From the NCBI GenBank assembly GCA_963828255.1, contig CAWHDZ010000015.1, positions 1-64,000 on the forward strand: 64,000 nt of DNA, written 5' to 3'. Within the stretch, counting starts at the first letter, position 1. Each line of letters starts with the position of its first letter. Of this stretch, positions 1-7,357 are shown in pieces. The notes beneath the pieces are model-generated. The model had not been told where the DNA came from, made no database searches, and saw nothing but the letters and a program-made list of their open reading frames with translations. The position numbers and the translations under genes are program-made. This DNA comes from an uncultured delta proteobacterium. GTDB lineage: Bacteria; Myxococcota; Myxococcia; Myxococcales; Anaeromyxobacteraceae.

Positions 1-71
1 CGGGCCTTTCCTTCCTCGTCCCCGGCGTCTTCCTCCTCCACCGTCCGCTCCGGGCCGCCCCCCTGCCGTCC

Positions 72-100
72 TTGACTATGGAGGCACCCTAGGTTACGAA
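72..100 (+). promoter_or_regulatory. putative sigma70 promoter of rimP-nusA-infB operon
   Basis: TTGACT (72-77), 17-nt spacer, TACGAA (95-100). Confidence 0.5.
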
Positions 101-134
101 CAGCCCACATTTTCGTCCCCGGGTAGCCGGGACT

Positions 135-172
135 CGAAAGTGGGCCGCTGTAGCGCCCACTTTTCGCTTTTT
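135..172 (+). terminator. rimP leader hairpin/attenuator
   Basis: CGAAAGTGGGC (135-145) pairs with GCCCACTTTTCG (155-166), followed by a T-rich tract; just upstream of rimP. Confidence 0.55.
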
Positions 173-197
173 CAGGGGACAAATTCTTCAGAGACAC

Positions 198-710
198 ATG
201 ACCGGAATCGCACAGGAATCCGTCGCCGAACGGGCGCGACAGCTCCTCGAGCCCGTGCTCGCGCGCGACGGTTACGATCTGGTCGAGGTCGAGTGGCAGC
301 GGGAGGGTGGCTCCTGGGTGCTCCGCCTCTTCGTCGACAAGCAGGGCGGCATCGGCATCGACGACTGCCACGCGGCCTCACGCCTGGTCGAGACCATCCT
401 CGACGTCGAGGACTTCATCGAGCCGGCCTACAGCCTCGAGGTCAGCTCCCCGGGCATCGACCGCCCCCTGCGCAAGCCCGAGGACTTCAAGCGCTTCGCA
501 GGCCAGCGCGCCAAGGTGAAGGCCTTCGGGCCCCTCGAGAGCGCCCCCGGCCTCGCGCCGCGCAAGCAATGGACCGGCACCCTGTGCGGCTTCGACAGCG
601 GCGCCGTGGAAATCCAGGTGGACGGCAAGGTCCACCGCATCCCGGTGGACCGGATCGCCAAGGCCCACCTCGAGTACGACTTCGAAGCCGATCTGAGGAG
701 GAAGGCCTAG
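198..710 (+). CDS. rimP: ribosome maturation factor RimP
   Basis: LEVSSPGIDRPL motif; first gene of nusA-infB operon. Confidence 0.95.
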   Translation: MTGIAQESVAERARQLLEPVLARDGYDLVEVEWQREGGSWVLRLFVDKQGGIGIDDCHAASRLVETILDVEDFIEPAYSLEVSSPGIDRPLRKPEDFKRFAGQRAKVKAFGPLESAPGLAPRKQWTGTLCGFDSGAVEIQVDGKVHRIPVDRIAKAHLEYDFEADLRRKA

Positions 711-712
711 CC

Positions 713-2374
713 ATGCAGCCCAACGTGAATCTCTCCCTCATCCTGGACCAGGTCGCGAAGGACAAGGGCATCGACCGGGCCACGCTGGTGGCCATCCTCG
801 AGGAGGCCCTGGCCACCGCCGCCAAGAAGCACTTCGGCATGGAGCGGGCCCTCAAGGCCGTCTTCGACGAGGACCGCGGCAAGGTGGACACCTTCCAGGT
901 GCTCACCATCGTGGCCGATCCCACCGACGAGAACCCGCTCCCCGACCCGGTGAACATGATCCCGGTGTCGTTCGCGCACGAGAAGGGCATCGAGGTGGAG
1001 CCCGGCGACGAGCTCGACTTCCCCATCTACTACAGCCCGGACGACGAGGCCCTGGCCCGCGCCCAGGACGAGCAGTGGGGCGACCTGCTCAAGCTCAAGA
1101 CCTACCGCCGCAGCTTCGGCCGCATCGCCGCCCAGACCGCCAAGCAGGTGATGATCCAGGGAACGCGCAACGCCGAGCGCGAGAACATCTTCAACGAGTA
1201 CAAGGACCGCAAGGGCGAGGTCATCACCGGCATCGTCCGCCGCTTCGAGCGCGGCAACGTCATCGTGGACCTGGGGCGCGCCGAGGCGGTGCTCCCGGTG
1301 CGCGAGCAGGTGCCCCGCGAGAGCTACCGCGCCGGCGACCGCATCCAGGCCTACGTCTTCGACGTGCTGCGCGAGTCGCGCGGGCCGCAGATCATCCTCT
1401 CCCGCGCCTCGGTCGAGCTGCTCCGCAAGCTCTTCGAGATGGAGGTCCCGGAGATCGCCGAGGGCGTGGTGGTCATCGAGGCCGCCGCCCGCGAGCCGGG
1501 CGGCCGCGCCAAGATCGCCGTCTCCTCCCGCGACAGCGACGTCGACCCGGTCGGCGCCTGCGTGGGCATGAAGGGCAGCCGCGTGCAGGCGGTGGTCCAG
1601 GAGCTCCGCGGCGAGAAGATCGACATCGTGCCCTGGCACGAGGACCCGGCCCGCTTCGTCTGCAATGCGCTGGCCCCCGCCGAGGTCTCGCGGGTCCTCC
1701 TCGACGACCAGAACCGGGCCATGGAGATCATCGTCCCCGACGATCAGCTCTCGCTGGCCATCGGGCGGCGCGGCCAGAACGTGCGCCTGGCCTCCCAGCT
1801 CACCGGCTGGAAGCTCGACATCAACAGCGAGTCGCGCGTGAAGGAGATGCGCGAGTTCGCCACCCGCAGCTTCACGGCCATCGACGTCCCCGAGGCGACG
1901 CAGGAGATGCTCTACGCCCACGGGTTCCGCAAGGCCCAGGACATCGCCAACGCCTCGCCGGACATGCTGACGCAGTTCCCCGGTTTCGACATGGACATGA
2001 TCCCGGCCCTGCAGAAGAAGGCCCGCGAGCAGGCCATCTCCGACGCCGAGGAGGAGATCCGGCTCGAGCAGGAGCGCGAGGCGGCTCGCATCGCCGAGGC
2101 CCGCCGCCACCCCGGCACGCTCTCGCAGGAGGAGCGCATGGCCCGGGTGCGCGGGGTCGGCGAGAAGACCATCGAGCAGCTGAAGAGCGCCGGCTACGGC
2201 ACGGTCGAGGCCATCAACGCCGAGCCCGACGTCAACAAGCTGGGCGACTCCACCGACCTGGGCATCAAGAAGGCCCGCCAGATCAAGCACGCGGTCGGCA
2301 TCTACCTCGAGGAGGAGAAGCGCCTCCGCGACGAGCTCGATGCGGAGCGCAGCCGCTCGGGGTCCCCGGTCTGA
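713..2374 (+). CDS. nusA: transcription termination/antitermination factor NusA with C-terminal helix-hairpin-like extension
   Basis: [13 protein letters not shown]1 and KH motifs ([27 protein letters not shown]); ATG 713 after GAGGAGG, true start is internal to ORF 140..2374. Confidence 0.96.
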   Translation: MQPNVNLSLILDQVAKDKGIDRATLVAILEEALATAAKKHFGMERALKAVFDEDRGKVDTFQVLTIVADPTDENPLPDPVNMIPVSFAHEKGIEVEPGDELDFPIYYSPDDEALARAQDEQWGDLLKLKTYRRSFGRIAAQTAKQVMIQGTRNAERENIFNEYKDRKGEVITGIVRRFERGNVIVDLGRAEAVLPVREQVPRESYRAGDRIQAYVFDVLRESRGPQIILSRASVELLRKLFEMEVPEIAEGVVVIEAAAREPGGRAKIAVSSRDSDVDPVGACVGMKGSRVQAVVQELRGEKIDIVPWHEDPARFVCNALAPAEVSRVLLDDQNRAMEIIVPDDQLSLAIGRRGQNVRLASQLTGWKLDINSESRVKEMREFATRSFTAIDVPEATQEMLYAHGFRKAQDIANASPDMLTQFPGFDMDMIPALQKKAREQAISDAEEEIRLEQEREAARIAEARRHPGTLSQEERMARVRGVGEKTIEQLKSAGYGTVEAINAEPDVNKLGDSTDLGIKKARQIKHAVGIYLEEEKRLRDELDAERSRSGSPV

Positions 2375-2376
2375 CG

Positions 2377-2637
2377 ATGGCGACGCCCGAGCGCAGCTGT
2401 GTCGGATGCGGGGCGAAGCTGCCCGCCACGGCACTGGTGCGCCTGCGGCTGGCCGAGGGCGAAGTGGTCGTCGATCGGGAGCGCCGTGGAGGTCGCGGCG
2501 CCTGGATGCACGCGGAGAGCTCCTGCCTGGCTCGCGCGGTGAAGCGCAAGGGCTTCGAGAGGGCCTTCCGGAAGGCCGTATCGGTCGATGCATCGCGGCT
2601 CCGGGAGCAGTTGACGGGCAACGGCGGCAGGGTCTAG
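2377..2637 (+). CDS. ylxR: YlxR/DUF448 family RNA-binding protein
   Basis: PERSCVGC...GRGAW...CL...FERAFR; conserved position between nusA and infB. Confidence 0.85.
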   Translation: MATPERSCVGCGAKLPATALVRLRLAEGEVVVDRERRGGRGAWMHAESSCLARAVKRKGFERAFRKAVSVDASRLREQLTGNGGRV

Positions 2638-2649
2638 GAGACAGGTTCC

Positions 2650-5385
2650 ATGTCGAAGAAGCGCGTACACGAGCTGGCGAAGCAGCTCAAGGATGCGGGG
2701 ATCGAGCTCTCGAACCAGGAGCTCGTCGAGAAGCTCCACGCCCTGGGCTACGACGTGAAGAGCCACTCCTCCTCGCTCGAGGAAGACCAGTCGCAGTCCG
2801 CCTACGAGCGCATCGTCTCCGAGAAGAAGCCCAAGGCCGCCGCTCCGCGCCCCACCGGCCCGGGCTTCGTGGTGCGCAAGCGCGCCCACGTCGAGCCGGC
2901 TCCGGTCGTCGCCGCGCCGCCGCCCCCCGAGCCCGAGTATGAGGACGAGGAGGAGTTCGAGCCGGAGGAGGCCGCAGCCGCCGCCGAGGGCGAGGTCCAG
3001 CCGGTCGCCGAGGGCGAGGCTGCCGTGGCCGCCGAGGGTGCGGAGCAGCAGCCCCCGGGGCCCGAGGCGCCTCCAGGCGAGGCAGGCGCGCCGGTGCAGG
3101 CCGCCGCGCACCTCGCGCCCGTCCCCAACGCCCCCGCTCCGGGCGCACCCGTCGCCCACCCGCCGGCCCACGGTCCGTCGCACGGACCCACGCCGCACGC
3201 GCCGGTCGCCCGCCCCGGAACCGTCGCCCCCCCGCCCGCGGTCCACCGCCCCGATCCCCGCAGCATCCGCCCCACCTCCACGCAGGCGGTGGTGATCTCC
3301 AGGCCCACCTCTCCGGTCAGGCGGGTCACTCCGCCCACCTCCGCGCGCGGCAATTACCCCGCCGCGCCCGGACCCCGGGCGCTCGGAGAGGTCCGCGAGC
3401 TCAAGGTCGTCCCCGGCAGCCTGGGGCGCGAGCGCGAGTTCATCGACGTCTCCAAGGACAAGAAGCGGCGCGGCGTGGGCGGACGCCCGGCCGACGAGGC
3501 CGTCAAGTCGCTCACGCCGAAGGACCTGCTGCAGGCCGCCGTCGCCGACCGGTCCTTCGTGCCGATGCGCGGCAAGAAGAAGAAGCCGACCAAGAAGGGA
3601 CAGAAGACGCAGGTGACCGAGCGCGCCGAGCACAAGAAGGTGATCCGGATCGAGGAGTCGATCAGCGTCTCGGCCCTCTCGCAGGCCATGGGCGTGAAGG
3701 CTTCCGACCTCATCCGGAAGCTCATGACCTCCGGCACGATGGCCACCATCAACCAGCTCATCGACGCCGAGACCGCCGCCGTCCTGGCCACCGACTTCGG
3801 CTTCACGGTCGAGAAGCAGGGGTTCGAGGTCGAGGAGTTCATCCCCGAGGTCGAGGTGGACGAGACGAAGCTCGTCAACCGGCCGCCGGTGGTCACCGTC
3901 ATGGGGCACGTGGACCACGGCAAGACCTCGCTGCTCGACGCCATCCGCAAGGCCGACGTCGCCGGGGGGGAGGCCGGAGGCATCACCCAGCACATCGGCG
4001 CCTACTCGGTGCAGACCACCCACGGGCCCATCACCTTCCTCGACACCCCGGGCCACGAGGCCTTCACCGCCATGCGGCAGCGCGGCGCCCAGGTGACCGA
4101 CCTGGTGGTGCTGGTGGTTGCAGCCGACGACGGCGTGATGCCCCAGACCATCGAGGCCATCAAGCACGCCAAGGAGGCCAAGGTCACCGTGCTCGTCGCC
4201 ATCAACAAGGCGGACAAGCCGGGCGCCCAGCCCGAGCGCGTCATGCAGCAGCTCACCGAGTACGAGATGGTGCCCGAGCAGTGGGGCGGCACCACCATCA
4301 TGATGCCGGTGTCGGCCCGCACCAAGCAGGGGCTCCCCGAGCTTCTCGAGTACATCGCGCTGCAGGCCGAGGTTCTCGACCTCAAGTCGAACCCCGAGGC
4401 CATCGCCGCCGGCGTGGTCATCGAGGCCAAGCTGGAGAAGGGGCGCGGTCCGGTGGCCACCGTCCTGGTGCAGGAGGGCACCCTGAAGGTGGGCGATGCG
4501 CTCGTCACCGGCATCCACCACGGACGCGTCCGCGCCATGATGAACGAGCGCGGCGAGCAGGTGAAGGAGGTTCCCCCCGGCTACCCGGTGGAGGTCCTCG
4601 GCCTGTCGGGCGTGCCCACCGCCGGCGACGACTTCAACGTGGTCTCCGACGAGAAGTCCGCCAAGGAGGTCGCGGAGCACCGCGCACAGAAGGCCCGGGC
4701 CAAGGAGCTCGGCTCGATGAAGCGGGCCACCCTCGAGGACCTCTTCGCCAAGTCCAAGCCGGGCGGTCCCAAGGAGCTGAACGTCGTCGTCAAGGCCGAC
4801 GTGCAGGGCTCCTCCGAGGCCATCTCGCAGGCCCTCACCAAGCTCTCCACCCGCAAGGTGAAGGTGACCGTGCTCGACTCCGGCGTGGGCGCCGTGACCG
4901 AGTCCGACGTCCTCACCGCCGCGGCCGGCAAGGCCATCATCGTGGGCTTCCACACCAAGCCCGAGACCAAGGTCGATCAGATCGCCAGCCAGCAGAGCGT
5001 GAAGATCCTGCTCTTCGACATCATCTACGAGGCGGCCGACACCATCCGCGAGGAGATGGTCGGGCTGCTCGACCCCATCATCAAGGAGAAGCCGCTCGGC
5101 AAGGCCGAGGTCCGGGCCATCTTCAACATCCCCCGCGCCGGCACCATCGCGGGTTCGGCGGTCACCGAGGGGGTCATCAAGCGCGGCGCCCACCTGCGCG
5201 TGCTGCGCGACCGCAAGGTGGTCCACTCCGGCAAGGTCGCCTCCCTCCGCCGCGTCAAGGACGACGTGAAGGAGGTCCAGGCCGGCTTCGAGTGCGGCAT
5301 CGGGGTCGAGAACTTCACCGACTTCAAGGTCGGCGACGTCTTCGACGTCTACGAGCTCGAGGAGACGCGGCCGTCGCTGGACTAG
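2650..5385 (+). CDS. infB: translation initiation factor IF-2
   Basis: MGHVDHGKTSLLD, DTPGHEAF, INKAD GTPase motifs; Pro-rich N-terminal linker. Confidence 0.98.
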   Translation: MSKKRVHELAKQLKDAGIELSNQELVEKLHALGYDVKSHSSSLEEDQSQSAYERIVSEKKPKAAAPRPTGPGFVVRKRAHVEPAPVVAAPPPPEPEYEDEEEFEPEEAAAAAEGEVQPVAEGEAAVAAEGAEQQPPGPEAPPGEAGAPVQAAAHLAPVPNAPAPGAPVAHPPAHGPSHGPTPHAPVARPGTVAPPPAVHRPDPRSIRPTSTQAVVISRPTSPVRRVTPPTSARGNYPAAPGPRALGEVRELKVVPGSLGREREFIDVSKDKKRRGVGGRPADEAVKSLTPKDLLQAAVADRSFVPMRGKKKKPTKKGQKTQVTERAEHKKVIRIEESISVSALSQAMGVKASDLIRKLMTSGTMATINQLIDAETAAVLATDFGFTVEKQGFEVEEFIPEVEVDETKLVNRPPVVTVMGHVDHGKTSLLDAIRKADVAGGEAGGITQHIGAYSVQTTHGPITFLDTPGHEAFTAMRQRGAQVTDLVVLVVAADDGVMPQTIEAIKHAKEAKVTVLVAINKADKPGAQPERVMQQLTEYEMVPEQWGGTTIMMPVSARTKQGLPELLEYIALQAEVLDLKSNPEAIAAGVVIEAKLEKGRGPVATVLVQEGTLKVGDALVTGIHHGRVRAMMNERGEQVKEVPPGYPVEVLGLSGVPTAGDDFNVVSDEKSAKEVAEHRAQKARAKELGSMKRATLEDLFAKSKPGGPKELNVVVKADVQGSSEAISQALTKLSTRKVKVTVLDSGVGAVTESDVLTAAAGKAIIVGFHTKPETKVDQIASQQSVKILLFDIIYEAADTIREEMVGLLDPIIKEKPLGKAEVRAIFNIPRAGTIAGSAVTEGVIKRGAHLRVLRDRKVVHSGKVASLRRVKDDVKEVQAGFECGIGVENFTDFKVGDVFDVYELEETRPSLD

Positions 5386-5409
5386 CGGCGCGCTGCAGGG
5401 GAGGTCGCG

Positions 5410-5766
5410 GTGTTCGTCGGCATCCTCCGCATCACGCTGCACCTGCCCGCGGCGGGGTCGCTCAAGTCGAAGCGGCACCTGCTGCGCTCGGCGCTCGACC
5501 GGGTCCGTGCCCGCTATCCGGTGGCCATCGCCGAGGTGGGCGAGAACGACACCTGGCAGCGCAGCGTGGTGGGCGTGGCCGCGGTGGGAAACGACCACGC
5601 CTTCGTGAACGAGCTGCTCGACAAGGTGACGGGCTTCGTGGCGTCGGTGCACGGGGGGCAGATGATGATCACCGATCGGGAGATGGAGATCGTCCCCTTC
5701 GGCGGAGACCTGGGCGGCGGGTGGCGGACCCTGGCGGACGCGGAGGAGGACGAACATGGCCCATGA
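5410..5766 (+). CDS. DUF503 (YlxP) family protein
   Basis: MFVGILRITLHLPAAGSLKSKR...AEVGENDTWQR; conserved position between infB and rbfA. Confidence 0.85.
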   Translation: MFVGILRITLHLPAAGSLKSKRHLLRSALDRVRARYPVAIAEVGENDTWQRSVVGVAAVGNDHAFVNELLDKVTGFVASVHGGQMMITDREMEIVPFGGDLGGGWRTLADAEEDEHGP

Positions 5767-6112
5767 CCGGCCGGCCCAGGTGGCCGAGCAGTTCCAGCAC
5801 GAGGTGTCGGCGGTCCTGACACGCGGCCTGAAGGACCCTCGCGTGGTGGGATTCATCACCGTGACGGGCGCGAAGATGTCGCCGGACCTGCGCGAGGTCA
5901 CGGTCTACGTGTCGGTCCACGGCGAGGATGCGGTGCGGGCGAAGACCATGGAGGGCTTGAAGGCCGCCACGAGCTACATCCAGCGGGAGGCGGCCAGGAA
6001 CCTCAGGCTCCGCGTCGTCCCCCACATGCGCTTCGCCTACGACGCGAGCATCGCCGAGGGCGACAAGATCGACCGACTCCTCAGGGAAGCCAGGGAGAAG
6101 GACGGGAAGTAG
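5756..6112 (+). CDS. rbfA: ribosome-binding factor A
   Basis: LKDPRV...MSPDLREVTVYVS...LRVVPHMRFAYDASI. Confidence 0.95.
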   Translation: MAHDRPAQVAEQFQHEVSAVLTRGLKDPRVVGFITVTGAKMSPDLREVTVYVSVHGEDAVRAKTMEGLKAATSYIQREAARNLRLRVVPHMRFAYDASIAEGDKIDRLLREAREKDGK

Positions 6113-7094
6113 GGGGGGGACGGCGGTCCGAAGCGGAGCCGCCGGAGGCGAGCAGGCGCGCGAGCGCTGCGCCGATGGGGTGGCCGGTGGCCGCCTCGGC
6201 GTGCATCCACTGTCCCCCCGGATTCACCTCCAGGAAGGCGTAGCCGCCCCCCCGTCGTCGGCGGAGGTCGATGGCGCCGTAGCGGAGGCCGAGCGTGCGC
6301 TGGAGCGCGAGCAGCCTGCGGCGCAGATCGTTCGGCAACGCGACGGGGAGCGCCGTGGCCGAGACCCGCTCCCAGTCCACGCGGACGTCGTCCGGATCGC
6401 CGCCGGCCCGGGCATCCAGGGACATCGCGAAGACCTCGCGGCCGACGATCGTCACCCGCAGGTCGAGTCCGTCCACCCGCTCCTGGACGATGGCCGGCCC
6501 GGTGCGGAGCCTGGCCCCCAGCCAGTCGTCCCCGGGGATGAGACGGCGGGTGAACCCGCCCTCCGCGGTGGAGCCGAGGCACTTCACGATGGCCCCTCCG
6601 CGGAGCCCCCGGGCGAAGGCCTCGGCGCGGGCCTGGTCGTTCGTGACCAGCGTTCGCGGCACCGTCAACCCCACGTGCCGGGCCGCCTCGAGCTGGACGA
6701 GCTTCCGCCGGGCCACCTCCTCGGAGCCGGGGTCGTTCACCCAGAACCCGCCGCTGACGCGGATCGCCCCGGAGAGCGCCGCCGACCACTCGGCCGCCGC
6801 CAGTGCTCGGTTCTCCGGGTCGAGCGGCCAGGTCTCGACGGGCGGGGCGCGCCTCCACCAGACGGCCCGCACCTCGGCAGGATCGAACTGTCCCTCGGGC
6901 GTACCCAGCAGGCAGCGTGCCGCACGCCCGCCGCCGAGCCGGGCGTGGAGCCCGGCCTCGGGGAGGCGGGATGGGAAGAAGGGCACCGGGCGCAGGCCGA
7001 GGTCGGCGACCTGGAGCGCCACGGCCATGGCGTGCTCGTCACCGGGAGGGCAGGCGATGAGGACGACCTGGCCCGGGCCGCGGGATCTCCTCAA
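6081..7094 (-). CDS. MvdC/MvdD-like ATP-grasp RiPP (graspetide) maturase, about 337 aa
   Basis: VLI..DEHA..VA N-terminus, AVWWRR, WVNDP..ARRKLVQLEAARHVGLTVPRTLVTND, IVK, IVQERV..DLRVTIVG, GLRYGAIDL, FLEVNPGGQW; TTG start at 7094 overlaps upstream stop (TTGA). Confidence 0.85.
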   Translation of the reverse strand: MRRSRGPGQVVLIACPPGDEHAMAVALQVADLGLRPVPFFPSRLPEAGLHARLGGGRAARCLLGTPEGQFDPAEVRAVWWRRAPPVETWPLDPENRALAAAEWSAALSGAIRVSGGFWVNDPGSEEVARRKLVQLEAARHVGLTVPRTLVTNDQARAEAFARGLRGGAIVKCLGSTAEGGFTRRLIPGDDWLGARLRTGPAIVQERVDGLDLRVTIVGREVFAMSLDARAGGDPDDVRVDWERVSATALPVALPNDLRRRLLALQRTLGLRYGAIDLRRRRGGGYAFLEVNPGGQWMHAEAATGHPIGAALARLLASGGSASDRRPPPTSRPSPWLP

Positions 7095-7357
7095 TCGTTG
7101 CCGCCGCGGGTCGGGGAGATGGTGAGGGAGACGAACGGGCTCCCGTGCACGATGAGGGCCTTGAAGACCACCGGTTCGGGCCAGGGCCAGTTCGGGGGTT
7201 GGAAGTCGTTGAGGAGTTGGTCGACCTCGGCCCTTGTCAACGTCTTCAGGGTCACTTTCAGGCTCGCGCCAGGAGCAATCCGGCCGCCCTTCGTCAAGGT
7301 CCCGGGTCGGGCCACCGGCTTGGTGCTGGACAGCTTCTTCGACTTCTTCGGTGCCAT
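7091..7357 (-). CDS. 88-aa putative graspetide precursor peptide (MAPKKSKK...SPFVSLTISPTRGGND)
   Basis: strong SD AAGGAGGAG upstream; ATG overlaps kinase stop (TGATG); stop overlaps ATP-grasp start; rich in Ser/Thr/Lys with terminal Asp. Confidence 0.7.
   Translation of the reverse strand: MAPKKSKKLSSTKPVARPGTLTKGGRIAPGASLKVTLKTLTRAEVDQLLNDFQPPNWPWPEPVVFKALIVHGSPFVSLTISPTRGGND

Noticed and set aside
140..712. 190-aa N-terminal extension of the nusA ORF
   Set aside because: It overlaps rimP in another frame. The real start is ATG 713 with an SD.
2302..5901. Very long antisense or alternate-frame ORFs (also 7234-10386, 11405-14197, 24441-27659, 33338-36280)
   Set aside because: Expected shadows of high-GC3 genes. 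They are Arg/Gly/Pro-rich or antisense-biased with no motifs.
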